The translations under genes and the position numbers were made by a program. Below are positions 19,036-29,492 of a stretch of DNA of 64,000 bases, piece by piece. Below the pieces are notes generated by a model. The model did not search any database. It saw only the letters and a program-made list of their open reading frames with translations, and was not told the origin of the DNA. How positions within the stretch are numbered: position 1 is the stretch's first letter; every line of letters starts with the position of its first letter. The stretch comes from Candidatus Bathyarchaeia archaeon (GTDB taxonomy: Archaea > Thermoproteota > Bathyarchaeia > Bathyarchaeales > Bathycorpusculaceae): the NCBI GenBank assembly GCA_038826755.1, contig JAWBOE010000003.1:13346-77345 (forward strand), read 5' to 3'.

Positions 19036-19915
19036 ACTTATTCTTATGAGTTAAGTATTCAACTGTTCCGCCTGAAGTAATTTTTGCAGAGGCGCGCCTT
19101 GCAGCCCAGCAGTTAAATGCCACAGCTACAGGAAACGAAGCAGGGTGTCTAAATGCGTAGTCGATGTGCACGCCTAATGCAGTAGTTTTACCGCCCAAAC
19201 CCATGGGGCCAATTCCTGTCTTATTAATCATCTCAAGAAGCTCCGTTTCTAGCTTTGCAATTAATGGATCCAAGTTAGGTTCACTAATCGGTCTGAGCAG
19301 AGCTTTTTTTGCTAAATTCAGTGCTAAATCTGCCCCGCCACCTAACCCAACACCTACCACAGTTGGCGGACACGGCTGCGCACCTGCCTTGACTACAGCG
19401 TCAACCACAAACCTTTTCAGCCTGTTTATCCCGTCGCTTGGAAGAAGCATCTCTGTAACACAAACATTTTCAGAGCCACCCCCCTTCGGCAACACCGTAA
19501 TCTCTAAAACGTCGTTTTCTGTAACTTCCCAGTGAACGTAAGGCGTAAGCCTTCCTGTGTTATCACCACTGTTTTTTTGAGTAAAAGGGTTAACGGCATT
19601 GGGTCTAAGTGGGATTTCATGTGTGGCTCTGCGTGTTGCACTAACAATTGCTTCTTCTATCTTGTCTAAAACCCTAAAATGTGCGCCTGCTTTAACATAA
19701 AACGTCAGTGTCCCCGTGTCTTGGCATATTGGTGCTTTTCGTTCCTCAGCAAGCGCAACATTCTCTAAAATAGCTTTCAGTTGCATCTTTGCAGTAGCAA
19801 CTGTTTCCTCATTGTAAGCTTTTTGTAATGCCTGTTTAACATCATCTGGCAAGTAGATAACGGCTTGCCTAATCAAGTTAAACGCTGTTGCTTCAACAAC
19901 ACTTGCAAGATTCAA
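19028..19915 (-). CDS. fumA: Class I fumarate hydratase (or tartrate dehydratase) alpha subunit
   Basis: 295 aa. Contains CQDTGT, PKGGGSEN and GVGLGG motifs of the Fe-S hydrolyase N-terminal domain. Confidence 0.8.
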   Translation of the reverse strand: MNLASVVEATAFNLIRQAVIYLPDDVKQALQKAYNEETVATAKMQLKAILENVALAEERKAPICQDTGTLTFYVKAGAHFRVLDKIEEAIVSATRRATHEIPLRPNAVNPFTQKNSGDNTGRLTPYVHWEVTENDVLEITVLPKGGGSENVCVTEMLLPSDGINRLKRFVVDAVVKAGAQPCPPTVVGVGLGGGADLALNLAKKALLRPISEPNLDPLIAKLETELLEMINKTGIGPMGLGGKTTALGVHIDYAFRHPASFPVAVAFNCWAARRASAKITSGGTVEYLTHKNKCE

Positions 19916-20088
19916 GACTAAGCACCAGGCGCCTCTAGCAGCGTGCTCCTAATAAAGGAAGTACATATACTTATAATTTGATATTTCAGTAGGACTAACC
20001 CCAACAGCAAATCATAAAGCGCAGCTAGCGTATCTGACTTTACTTTAACCTACCTCTCCACGGATTAATACTTCTCTTCTTTCGCGTG

Positions 20089-20097
20089 TTTTAAATA
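20089..20097 (+). promoter_or_regulatory. TATA-box-like TTTTAAATA upstream of radA
   Basis: It lies 40-55 nt upstream of the candidate radA start codons (GTG 20136, ATG 20139, ATG 20145), which is the archaeal promoter geometry. Confidence 0.35.
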
Positions 20098-20135
20098 CTG
20101 CTTTTTGCAACTGTTTCCTTCGGGTCAAATTAAGT

Positions 20136-21176
20136 GTGATGCTCATGTCCGATGAAATAGAAAATCAAGAAGTAGCGGTGGAAACTGTACCAGGCAAGAA
20201 GAAATACGAGTTTATAGAAGATCTACCTGGAGTTGGACCTGCTACTGCACAAAAACTGCGTGAACTCGGTTACCATACTGTCGAGTCGCTGGCTATGGCA
20301 ACTGCTCGTGAGCTTGAACCTGTAGGTGTCAGCGAAAAGAAAGCCTTCGCTATAATAAGCGCTGCACGTTCTGCAATCGGAGTTGCATTCATCCGCGCTG
20401 ATGAACTTTACAAGATGCGGCAGAACGTTCTGCGCCTTACGTCAGGTAGCAAGGCTTTGGACAAAATTTTGGACGGAGGGTTGGAAACACAAACTATAAC
20501 TGAGTTCTACGGCGAATACGGTAGTGGAAAAAGCCAGATTTGTCATCAACTCTGTGTCAACGTCCAGCTACCTCCAGAACGCGGCGGACTTAATGGTGCT
20601 GCATTATACGTAGATACCGAAAACACTTTCAGACTTGAGCGTATTATACAAATGTCGAAGCATTTAGGACTAGATCCTGAGCAAGTAGTTAAAAACATAA
20701 TTTACGCTGAAGCTTACACTTCTGACCATCAAATGTTTCTTCTAGAAAACGCTGATGAAGTAATTAAATCGAACAACATTAAGCTAATAGTAATAGATTC
20801 TTTGACCGCGCATTTCAGAAGCGAGTATGTAGGTAGAGAGATGCTAGCTCCTAGGCAACAGAAGTTAAATAAACATATGCACAAACTCATAGGGTTGGCA
20901 CGTGCATTCAATGCTGTAGCAGTGGTTACCAATCAAGTTATGGCAAAGCCAGATGTATTCTTCGGCGATGCTGTGCACCCAATCGGGGGAAACATTGTAG
21001 GGCACACGAGTCACACACGCATATACCTAAGGCGTGCCTCGCATGGTCCAGTGCGAATCGCTCGGTTGGTTTCAAGTCCCTATCTGCCTGAGGGTGAGGA
21101 GATCTTTAAAGTAACTGAGAATGGAATAGAGGACGTAACTGAAGAAGAAAAGGCAAATAAACCTCGTGGTCATTAA
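20136..21176 (+). CDS. radA: DNA repair and recombination protein RadA
   Basis: 346 aa. An N-terminal HhH (LPGVGPATAQKLRELGYHTVESLA), Walker A GEYGSGKSQ, Walker B LIVIDSL and AVVTNQV. The start may be ATG 20139 or 20145. Confidence 0.95.
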   Translation: MMLMSDEIENQEVAVETVPGKKKYEFIEDLPGVGPATAQKLRELGYHTVESLAMATARELEPVGVSEKKAFAIISAARSAIGVAFIRADELYKMRQNVLRLTSGSKALDKILDGGLETQTITEFYGEYGSGKSQICHQLCVNVQLPPERGGLNGAALYVDTENTFRLERIIQMSKHLGLDPEQVVKNIIYAEAYTSDHQMFLLENADEVIKSNNIKLIVIDSLTAHFRSEYVGREMLAPRQQKLNKHMHKLIGLARAFNAVAVVTNQVMAKPDVFFGDAVHPIGGNIVGHTSHTRIYLRRASHGPVRIARLVSSPYLPEGEEIFKVTENGIEDVTEEEKANKPRGH

Positions 21177-21178
21177 CA

Positions 21179-21640
21179 ATGCCGATAGATCAAGCAATTG
21201 TAGCACGATATTTTCAACTTCTCATTAATCGACAATTTACAGAGGCAGCGCGAGAGTTAGAAAATTTGAAGCAGAAAATGCATAAGACAGAATGGAATCG
21301 CGGTTATTTTCGTGCATTATACGGCATGTATCTTTCTCGTAAAAATAATGCTGATGATTACTCTTTCTTTTCGAAATTGGATTTAAGTGATAAGGCGGCT
21401 TTGCATAGTTTTAGACGTGAGTTTCTCGAGCACACAAAAAATGGACTTCATGGTGATTTTGACAGGGGCTACTTCTCTGCTTGGGCAGACTGCATGCGGG
21501 TTCTTGCTCGCATTGATATTCCAAATGTTCAGAGCAATATTTCTAAGGACGAAAAAAGTTCTGAAGAGACAAAATTGGAAACTTTAAAGAGCGATAAGAG
21601 CCAAGCCACAATAGCCAATTTTCTACAGAAGAAGGAATAA
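21179..21640 (+). CDS. Hypothetical helical protein coupled to radA
   Basis: 153 aa. The ATG is 2 nt after the radA stop. No recognisable motif. The C-terminal tail is acidic and Ser-rich. Confidence 0.5.
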   Translation: MPIDQAIVARYFQLLINRQFTEAARELENLKQKMHKTEWNRGYFRALYGMYLSRKNNADDYSFFSKLDLSDKAALHSFRREFLEHTKNGLHGDFDRGYFSAWADCMRVLARIDIPNVQSNISKDEKSSEETKLETLKSDKSQATIANFLQKKE

Positions 21641-21650
21641 ACGTAACCTG

Positions 21651-21953
21651 TCACGTAGCTGTTGGTACTGGTCCCCTCATAATGGAGTATATGAGTATCC
21701 AGAATACTAACCAAGTAAAGAAGTAAATTCCAATACCCTGCGTCATAATTTTTGATTGTTTCTCCACTTTAGTTAGAAACTTGGCTTTAATAACATAATA
21801 GGATATTAGATATACAGCTAGCGCCAACGTTAAGCCATTTAGGAACGTAGTATAAGAAAGCTCATCCCGTAACAGCGATAATAACGTGCTCAGGATTGCT
21901 GAAACTATTCCCAAACCCAACCGAAGCCAATATATTACAACCAGTGGTTTCAA
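21651..21953 (-). CDS. Small membrane protein (about 3 TM helices)
   Basis: 100 aa with strongly hydrophobic segments. It is convergent with 21179-21640. Confidence 0.5.
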   Translation of the reverse strand: MKPLVVIYWLRLGLGIVSAILSTLLSLLRDELSYTTFLNGLTLALAVYLISYYVIKAKFLTKVEKQSKIMTQGIGIYFFTWLVFWILIYSIMRGPVPTAT

Positions 21954-22069
21954 AGCAGTTAAATCCCTCTCAGGTTACCTTTTGCGTTACATATAAAAGA
22001 TGCCTGCATATAAATTGTTTCCAACGTTTGGATCACGATTACTCATTTCAAAATTACGCATTTTAAAGC

Positions 22070-22648
22070 TCACTCAATGAACCTCATATGTGTTCTTTTG
22101 CGTAACAGCAAAGAGGTCGTAGCCGTAATTGCTACAATTAAGCCTGAAAGCGAGAAATTAAGAAAGCTAAAAGCCGGCAGTGCAAGGAGATTATTTGAAG
22201 CGTGCAGTCCAACTGCTGCTAGATAAAAGGGCATTGGTCTTTTTGTAGCTATTCCGTATGCCGCTATCGAAGTGCTTGCAGGATGAAAAAGCAAACCAGG
22301 CACTCTTACGATAGGGTTTACACCTTGCAGGAACACGTAGGCTGCCATTTCTACGATGCCGAAGCCGAAGCCGACAAACAATGCCAAGTCAAAGATTGAT
22401 CTCTCAGTTTCACCGTGCCTGTAGAAGAGGGGGAAAATCTTTGAGAATTCCTCTATTATTGGCGCGAAAACCACTGAGGCTAGTACAGTAGAATAGAACA
22501 TTCCAAGGCTTGATAGAAACCAGTTTGCGAATTGGGCTATAAACAGCGTAAGTGGGATACTTATGATTGCACCACAAATGAAGAAGAACAACTTTTCGTC
22601 AATGTCCGGTTCATGAAGTTTAATTATACATTTGTCTTCACTCATCAA
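22070..22648 (-). CDS. PrsW-family intramembrane metalloprotease
   Basis: 192 aa and polytopic. Contains the EEFSK and HASNN motifs (ExxK...HxxxN) characteristic of PrsW. Confidence 0.65.
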   Translation of the reverse strand: MMSEDKCIIKLHEPDIDEKLFFFICGAIISIPLTLFIAQFANWFLSSLGMFYSTVLASVVFAPIIEEFSKIFPLFYRHGETERSIFDLALFVGFGFGIVEMAAYVFLQGVNPIVRVPGLLFHPASTSIAAYGIATKRPMPFYLAAVGLHASNNLLALPAFSFLNFSLSGLIVAITATTSLLLRKRTHMRFIE

Positions 22649-22804
22649 GCTACCCCATGGAATCTCTGAAAATAATCACCAAATTCGAGTGTTAAAAGCT
22701 TTCGAAAACAAGCATACAATTATTTAGCTGCAAGCATTTTTTATAACTTTAAGTCTTTCATTATTATCTGATTTAGCGCCATAGAAAATCGAGGTGCTGC
22801 CCCC

Positions 22805-24850
22805 TTGCCCAAAAAGGATTTCACAAGTTTCGATATTTCAATAGTAGTGCATGAGTTGAAATCAGCGATTTTAAACAGCCGTGTCAACAACGTTTACCAG
22901 ATAGCCGAGAAGACTCTACTTTTTAAACTTCATAAGGCAGACGCGCCACCAAAGCAACTCATAATGGATGCAGGTAAACGTTGTCATTTAACGTTCTACG
23001 AATTAGAGAAACCCCAGACTCCACCTGCGTTTTGTATGGCACTACGAAAGTATCTTCGCGGTGCTTGGCTTATAAGTGTAGAACAGCACGAGTTTGAACG
23101 CATTATTCTATTCTCTTTCAGAAATAGAACGACTACTTTAAGGCTCATTCTAGAACTCTTCGGTGACGGCAACATAATCTTAACTGACGAAAGTGGCATG
23201 ATCTTGCACGCCTTGGTTTTTAAGCGTATGCGGGATCGCGCCATTCTACGTAATGAAGTTTACAAGTTCCCACCTTCTACTGGGAAAAACCCCTTTAAAA
23301 TCACCAAAGAAGATTTGAGTGGCATGCTTATCACGTTTGGAAATACAGAGGTTGTTAAGGCATTAGCACGTCTATTAGGCATAGGCGGAGTGTACGCAGA
23401 AGAAATACTGCTCCGAGCTAACATCGATAAGACTAAACCTTGCGCAATACTATCTGCTGCAGAAATAGACGCGATATTTGATTGCTTGCAGGGTTTACTT
23501 TCAGCGCTTTCCAACTTCATTATTGAGCCTAACATAGTTTTGGCTGAAGACAACAGTTTTATTGATGTTACACCATTACGGCTCAAGCGATATGAACCAT
23601 TTAGAATTCAACGGTACAATAGTTTCAATGAAGCATTAGACGAGTTTTACGTTAGGACAGTTGCTACCGAGAAAGCAACTTCCAGTGTTGAATTGGACAG
23701 TCTAAAGCGAGAGGCAGACAAACTCAAGCATGTTATTGCTGAGCAGGAACAAGCGCTGCGTGATACTCAGAATAAAATGGAACATGACAAAAAAATTGGT
23801 GAACTAATTTATAAGCACGCAGCTGATTTGCAAGTACTGTTAAACAATTTTTCATCTGCGAAATCTAGTGGCAAAGATTGGAATGCCATTGCTGAGGAGG
23901 TTTCAGCAGCTAAGAAACATGGGAAAAAGCCTGAAGCACTTATTGAATCTTTTGACATGAATAAATTTGCAGTAAATTTGTGTATTGAAAATTTGCGGTT
24001 CAGCTTGAACTTGCGGAAGACACTATTCGAGAACGCGGCAGAATTCTTCGAACGTGCAAAAAAAGCTAAGCAGAAAATTTCTGGCGCATTAGCCGCGGCA
24101 GAGGAGACGCGACAGAAGTTGGCTAAGGTTGAAGAGAAAATTCGTGAAGCTGAAACGTTGCGACAAACCAAGCCTGCTGAAATGTTAAAACAACTCACAA
24201 AGAGTAGGATCAAAGAAAAACCGTGGTATTACAAGTTTCGTTGGTTCATATCCTCGGACGGCTTCCTCGTAGTCGGCGGAAAAGACGCTGTTAGCAACGA
24301 GATTCTAATAAAAAAATATGCAACTGCAGCTGATTTAGTCTTTCATGCGGAGCTGACAGGTGCTTCTTTTGTGATAGTAAAGACAGAGGGCAAGCAACCT
24401 CCTGAACAAACAATACGTGAGGCTGCAGAGTTCGCAGCCGCGTTTTCTAGGGCTTGGCGTGAGGAGCTTGTTGCGGCTGATATCTACTGGGTTAGGCCTG
24501 AACAATTGAGTAAGAGTGGTCCTTCAGGTGAGTATGTTCCCCATGGTGCTTTTTTTGTGGTTGGCAAACGGAACTGGCTACATAATGTGCCGCTCAGAAT
24601 GGCGGTAGGCGTGATTGACGATGGCGAGGTGCGTTTTGTCGGTGGGGCTGTGGATGCGGTAAAACCAAAGGCAAAAGTTTATGTAGTTATAATTCCAGGC
24701 GACGTGACGGGGAAAGAGTTGTTAAGTCAAGTGTTACGGGCATTAATTGCTAAGCTGCCAAAGGAACTGCGTGAGAAGATGGGCAAAGTTTCTATTGAGC
24801 AAATTAGAGAGTTTGTGCCTTATGCAAAGGGTAGAATAATAGTTACTTAA
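22805..24850 (+). CDS. NFACT-family ribosome quality-control protein (RqcH/Rqc2/FbpA homolog)
   Basis: 681 aa with a TTG start. An NFACT-N (FDISIVVHELKS...), a central coiled coil and an NFACT-R/DUF814 (GGKDAVSNEILIKKY....FHAELTGASFVIV). Confidence 0.85.
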   Translation: MPKKDFTSFDISIVVHELKSAILNSRVNNVYQIAEKTLLFKLHKADAPPKQLIMDAGKRCHLTFYELEKPQTPPAFCMALRKYLRGAWLISVEQHEFERIILFSFRNRTTTLRLILELFGDGNIILTDESGMILHALVFKRMRDRAILRNEVYKFPPSTGKNPFKITKEDLSGMLITFGNTEVVKALARLLGIGGVYAEEILLRANIDKTKPCAILSAAEIDAIFDCLQGLLSALSNFIIEPNIVLAEDNSFIDVTPLRLKRYEPFRIQRYNSFNEALDEFYVRTVATEKATSSVELDSLKREADKLKHVIAEQEQALRDTQNKMEHDKKIGELIYKHAADLQVLLNNFSSAKSSGKDWNAIAEEVSAAKKHGKKPEALIESFDMNKFAVNLCIENLRFSLNLRKTLFENAAEFFERAKKAKQKISGALAAAEETRQKLAKVEEKIREAETLRQTKPAEMLKQLTKSRIKEKPWYYKFRWFISSDGFLVVGGKDAVSNEILIKKYATAADLVFHAELTGASFVIVKTEGKQPPEQTIREAAEFAAAFSRAWREELVAADIYWVRPEQLSKSGPSGEYVPHGAFFVVGKRNWLHNVPLRMAVGVIDDGEVRFVGGAVDAVKPKAKVYVVIIPGDVTGKELLSQVLRALIAKLPKELREKMGKVSIEQIREFVPYAKGRIIVT

Positions 24851-24953
24851 TTACGTTTGAAAGACTACCCACTTTTCTTCAATTTATACAAATGGCTCCA
24901 GCAATGAATTTTTCGCGCTAGATGTCCGGAGGATTTGAAACACCAGTCAAAAA

Positions 24954-25826
24954 ATGATTAACCATGCCTTCCTTTCAGGTTTGTCCACTTCTTTTTTGGA
25001 AACGCTCTGCGCAAAAAAGTTATATCCGAAGCTACCTTGGGGTAAGATAGGCGCTATGATTGAAGTATTCGGAATAGATCTTTCAACGATAGTTGGGGTA
25101 ATCGTCATCTTAGTGGTAGCGGTAGCTCTTGAAAGAGCTTTTACTCAGTATTTGTCTCGCTTTGCTAGACACGCCAAACTCGAGCGTAACACAGCAAACA
25201 ATTTGATTCTAACCTTCCGCATACTAATCCTTGCAGGCGCCGTACTCGCGCTAAGTCGTATGGGTGGATTACAGGCTGAATGGCTCGTTTCTATTTCAGC
25301 AATAATCGGCGCAGCTGTGGGTTTTGCATCTCAAAAAACACTTGGGAATTTTGTGGCTGGTCTCTTTCTTTTGGCCGCACGTCCATTTCGCGTTGGTGAT
25401 TACGTTCGCATCGGCACGGTTGAGGGCGTAGTACAGGAAATCACAATAAATTATACAAAAATCCTCACAATAAACAACAACATTGTCTCAGTAAGCAATT
25501 TGCAAATACTCGACCGCGACATAACAAATTACGCCTATGAAGAAAGCAATGGTATAGCAATTTACTGTTATACATTTGAACTAGGCTTTGATTACAACGT
25601 AGACGCTCAAAAAATCGCGCAAATTTTCAATGAAACCTTCCAGAGTTACGTCAACGTGCTTCCAAAAAGCCCTGCCTTTATGCTTACGAGGTCTACAGCC
25701 TCTGAAAGAGTATACACAATATATCTCTATGTAGTACACCCAGAAGACGCTTTTAAATTGCGGCCTGCAATTGCCGAAGAGGTATATCGCCGCTGGGACA
25801 TGGTGAGAAATAAGACACAAAATTAA
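24954..25826 (+). CDS. Small-conductance mechanosensitive channel (MscS family)
   Basis: TM helices are followed by QKTLGNFVAGLFLLAARPFRVGDYVRIGTVEGVVQEITINYTKI. The true start may be the internal Met near 25056 (MIEVFGIDL). Confidence 0.8.
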   Translation: MINHAFLSGLSTSFLETLCAKKLYPKLPWGKIGAMIEVFGIDLSTIVGVIVILVVAVALERAFTQYLSRFARHAKLERNTANNLILTFRILILAGAVLALSRMGGLQAEWLVSISAIIGAAVGFASQKTLGNFVAGLFLLAARPFRVGDYVRIGTVEGVVQEITINYTKILTINNNIVSVSNLQILDRDITNYAYEESNGIAIYCYTFELGFDYNVDAQKIAQIFNETFQSYVNVLPKSPAFMLTRSTASERVYTIYLYVVHPEDAFKLRPAIAEEVYRRWDMVRNKTQN

Positions 25827-25880
25827 CCAACCTTTTATACTCCGTTTTACCACATAAAATTGTGCGAGCTAGATAATAGC

Positions 25881-26225
25881 ATGATTGAAAACAAAAAACC
25901 AGAAAACAAAATTACCCCCGCACAAAATAAAAATTTTGCAGAAATAGTACGCTATCAAGAAGGCGCCGTTGTTAGTCGTACAATAATCGACAAGAAAGCA
26001 GGCACAATAACGCTTTTTGCATTTGATAAAAATGAGGGCTTAAGCGAGCACACAGCACCTTACGATGCATTCGTGTACATACTTGAAGGCGAAGCTGAAG
26101 TTTCAATATCACATAAACCAACCATCCTAAAGCAAGGCGAGTTTATAATAATGCCTGCTAACGAGCCTCATGCGTTGAGGGCTTTATCACGTTTTAAAAT
26201 GCTTTTAGTCATGGTTCGATCTTAA
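25881..26225 (+). CDS. Cupin-domain protein
   Basis: The ORF-track TTG is at 25860, and the ATG at 25881 is preferred. G.SEHTAPYDAFVYILEGEAEV...G....MPANEPHAL is the cupin two-motif pattern. Confidence 0.7.
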   Translation: MIENKKPENKITPAQNKNFAEIVRYQEGAVVSRTIIDKKAGTITLFAFDKNEGLSEHTAPYDAFVYILEGEAEVSISHKPTILKQGEFIIMPANEPHALRALSRFKMLLVMVRS

Positions 26226-26250
26226 CCGTGCTTCTTTCAAAATATCAAAT

Positions 26251-26889
26251 TCAGCGGAGCGATATTTTCTCGCCGCTTGTGATGTAAACCACTGCTTCAC
26301 CAACATAAGCTGTATGGTCTGCTATTCGCTCCAAAAAATGTGCGATCAACAGATCACATAGAACGCTTTTTGTTTGGACCGTTGCTGTGGTCAATTGTTC
26401 TATATAGTTAAACAGTCTTTTATCTACCTCTTCCTCATCCTTGGCTAAGCTTTTAGCTATTTCAGCGTTGTGATCTTTAACTGCTTTGATGCTTTTGGCT
26501 ACCATGCGAATAACTGCTTTTGCTAAATGCGTTATCGGCTTCAAAGGGTGTGCAGGTGTTTCTATTTCATTGAAACGTTTTTGCGTTATAGCTATATCCC
26601 AAGAATATCTGCCATAACGTTCGAAGTCGTAGGCTATTTTAATGTAAGAATTAATTATTCGCAAGTCTGTTGCGACTGGCTGATGCTTGACTATTAGTTC
26701 GAAGGCTTTTCCTTCAATTTCAACACTCATCGCAGATAACATTTCAGAAAGTCCTCGTATTTCTCTGGTTGTGTCTTTTCCAACGAGGAAGCCGCTTACG
26801 GCGATATTTACTGTCTTTTCTGCAAGTTCCCCCATTCTATAGACTTTTGTAGCTAGTTCCTCTAATCCGCTGTCTAAAAGTCTGCTCAT
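26251..26889 (-). CDS. phoU: Phosphate transport system regulator PhoU
   Basis: 212 aa. It has two PhoU repeats (E..VD......; ERIADHTAYVGE) and is the last gene of the pst operon. Confidence 0.85.
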   Translation of the reverse strand: MSRLLDSGLEELATKVYRMGELAEKTVNIAVSGFLVGKDTTREIRGLSEMLSAMSVEIEGKAFELIVKHQPVATDLRIINSYIKIAYDFERYGRYSWDIAITQKRFNEIETPAHPLKPITHLAKAVIRMVAKSIKAVKDHNAEIAKSLAKDEEEVDKRLFNYIEQLTTATVQTKSVLCDLLIAHFLERIADHTAYVGEAVVYITSGEKISLR

Positions 26890-26896
26890 TTTCTTC

Positions 26897-27673
26897 TCAC
26901 CCGAATTTTCCTGTTATGTATCTTTCTGTTAATTCCTTTTCTGGTTTTTCGAATACTTTCGGTGTATCTCCATATTCTACAAGTTGCCCTAAGTACATGA
27001 AAGCTGTGAAGTCTGATACACGAGCAGCTTGTTGTAAATTGTGTGTTACGATTATTACAGTATAATTTTGTTTGAGATTTACTATTAGTTCCTCAATTTT
27101 TGCAGTCGCAATTGGATCCAGAGCGGAACACGGCTCATCCATAAGAATAACTTCTGGCTGTAATGCAATTGCACGTGCAATGCAGAGGCGTTGTTGTTGC
27201 CCGCCTGAAAGGCTTATACCTGGTTTTTTTAGGTCTTCTTTAACTTCATCCCATAATGACGCTTGTTTAAGGCTTTTTTCAACAATTTCGTCGAGATCTC
27301 TGCCTTTTTTCATACCTGTCAGTTTGAGTCCCGCTGCGACATTATCATAGATAGACATCGTGGGAAAAGGGTTTGGTTTCTGAAATACCATGCCTACCCT
27401 TCTGCGAATTTGCACGGCATCAACATTATTTTCATAAATGTTTTTTCCGTCTAAGATAACTTTGCCGGACATTTTTGCATCTGGTACGAGCTCATGCATT
27501 CGGTTTAGAGTTCGGATAAATGTGGATTTACCGCATCCTGAAGGGCCTATTATGGCGGTAACGACGTTAGCCCTAATTGTTATATTGATTTCTTTTAGGA
27601 CTCGTTTTTCACCGAACCATGCACTCAGGTTTTCAGTTCTTATTTTTTCTTTTGTTACCATCTTACTTTTCAC
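26897..27673 (-). CDS. pstB: Phosphate ABC transporter ATP-binding protein
   Basis: 258 aa. Walker [10 protein letters not shown], signature [14 protein letters not shown] and Walker B ILMDEP. Confidence 0.95.
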   Translation of the reverse strand: MKSKMVTKEKIRTENLSAWFGEKRVLKEINITIRANVVTAIIGPSGCGKSTFIRTLNRMHELVPDAKMSGKVILDGKNIYENNVDAVQIRRRVGMVFQKPNPFPTMSIYDNVAAGLKLTGMKKGRDLDEIVEKSLKQASLWDEVKEDLKKPGISLSGGQQQRLCIARAIALQPEVILMDEPCSALDPIATAKIEELIVNLKQNYTVIIVTHNLQQAARVSDFTAFMYLGQLVEYGDTPKVFEKPEKELTERYITGKFG

Positions 27674-28503
27674 TATTTGAAATGATTTTTGTTAAGTACT
27701 CTCACAATTATGTTGAGGACCAGAACTATTAAAATTAGTACTAACGCTGCGCCCCATGCTTGTGCCTGTATTTCTGTTGATGGTTGTCTTGAGTTTAGGA
27801 AAATTCTTAATGGGAGGGCATCCATTGGTTGATTGAAGCCTTGAAAGAAATACGTGTTCCCTAATATAGTTAGCAGTATCGGTGCTGTTTCACCTGCGAT
27901 TCTTGCCACTGCAAGGAGTACGCCAGTAGTTACTCCTTGCCGCGCGGTTGGCAGTACAACACGAATTGTTGTTGTCCACTTGTGTGCACCAAGTGCCATG
28001 GCTGCTTCACGTACTGATGTAGGTACAAGTTTTAGCGATTCTTCTGTTGTTCTCGCTATAATTGGAATTATTATAAAAGCCAGGGCCACTGCGCCTGCCA
28101 ACGGGGAAAAGGTTCCTGTTACGCCGATTACAATTATGCTGAAAGCGGTTATACCTACAACTATGGACGGAATTTCTGTGAGTATGTCACTGATTGTTCT
28201 TGCTATTGCCGCATATTTGTTATTTCCGAATTCAGCTAAGTAAACTCCTGAGAGTATGCCTATTGGGATTCCAATAAGGCTTGTCAAACCTATCAGTATT
28301 AGCGTACCTTGTATTGCTGGACCTATACCGCCTTCCAAATTGTTCGCCACTAGAAAATGAAAATTTATTTTTGGTGCTCCTCTAATGACAACCTCAAAAA
28401 TAATGCTTATTAGCGGTGTAACCGCAATTATGACGCATGCCAAGCATAGGAAATATACTGCCTTGTCCTTGATTTTTCGGAATCTATAGTTATTCAAGAT
28501 CAT
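27673..28503 (-). CDS. pstA: Phosphate ABC transporter permease PstA
   Basis: 276 aa. The EAA-loop region is [14 protein letters not shown]. It overlaps pstB by 1 nt and pstC by 4 nt. Confidence 0.9.
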   Translation of the reverse strand: MILNNYRFRKIKDKAVYFLCLACVIIAVTPLISIIFEVVIRGAPKINFHFLVANNLEGGIGPAIQGTLILIGLTSLIGIPIGILSGVYLAEFGNNKYAAIARTISDILTEIPSIVVGITAFSIIVIGVTGTFSPLAGAVALAFIIIPIIARTTEESLKLVPTSVREAAMALGAHKWTTTIRVVLPTARQGVTTGVLLAVARIAGETAPILLTILGNTYFFQGFNQPMDALPLRIFLNSRQPSTEIQAQAWGAALVLILIVLVLNIIVRVLNKNHFK

Positions 28504-29438
28504 TCTACGGTGCCTCCCTTTATCTTTAGAATTTTAGTAATCATAATTTGCGCAGTTATGTTTATGATCAGACTGAGTATTAGCAGGATTAGTCCTGCGC
28601 CTATGTATGCAGATTTCTCTAGAGGTGTCGGTGCTTCTAGAAAGCCATTTGCAATGAGCGAAGGTAAAGTCTGTCCTGGTTTAAAGAGAGACGTTGGCAT
28701 CGCACTTGGTCCAATTGCATTGCCTATTACCATGGTCACTGCCATTGTTTCACCAATGGCTCTTCCTAAGCCTAGGATTATGGCGCCTATAAGCCCTGAT
28801 CTTCCGTAACTTAGAACCCAGTAGCGAATGACTTCCCATCTTGTTGCGCCTATGCCATATGCTGCTTCACGTATTGAATTCGGGACTGCACTAATCACTT
28901 CTTTTGAGACTGAGGCAACCGTTGGAATTATCATTATTGCAAGCATTATCCCTGCAGTGAAAATGTCTAGGCCAAATGGTGTTCCGCTGAAAATCGGGAT
29001 CCAGCCAAGATGTGTGTTTAATGGTATTTCTATGTAGTTAAGAACCCAGTTTCGAAGAACAAAAATTCCCCAGAGTCCAAAGATGACACTGGGCACAGCG
29101 GCTAACAACTCGATTAAGTATGAGGTGGGCACTTTGATGGCTTTTGGCGCCATTTCCACAAGGAAAATTGCCGCCCCAAGGCTTAGCGGCACTCCTATCA
29201 GGAGCGCTATGCCTGATGTAACTAATGTTCCGAGAACATATGGTAGTATACCGAATGATTCTCTATTTTCGACAGGATTCCAATTCGTTCCTGTTAAAAA
29301 ATTTAAGCCAAAGTGATTTAATACTATTGTCGATCCAGTTGATAAAATGTAGAGGTAAGCCGCAAGAATTACAATTACGGAAAAAGCGACTATTCCAGTT
29401 GTTGTTTTAAATATTTTGTCTCCAGTTATTTGCGGCAT
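28500..29438 (-). CDS. pstC: Phosphate ABC transporter permease PstC
   Basis: 312 aa. The EAA loop is REAAYGIGATRWEV. Confidence 0.9.
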   Translation of the reverse strand: MPQITGDKIFKTTTGIVAFSVIVILAAYLYILSTGSTIVLNHFGLNFLTGTNWNPVENRESFGILPYVLGTLVTSGIALLIGVPLSLGAAIFLVEMAPKAIKVPTSYLIELLAAVPSVIFGLWGIFVLRNWVLNYIEIPLNTHLGWIPIFSGTPFGLDIFTAGIMLAIMIIPTVASVSKEVISAVPNSIREAAYGIGATRWEVIRYWVLSYGRSGLIGAIILGLGRAIGETMAVTMVIGNAIGPSAMPTSLFKPGQTLPSLIANGFLEAPTPLEKSAYIGAGLILLILSLIINITAQIMITKILKIKGGTVE

Positions 29439-29492
29439 CCTTTTTGATACCTCTGTTTCAAAAAAAGGGAGTGTACTTATTAGTGCTCTTTT

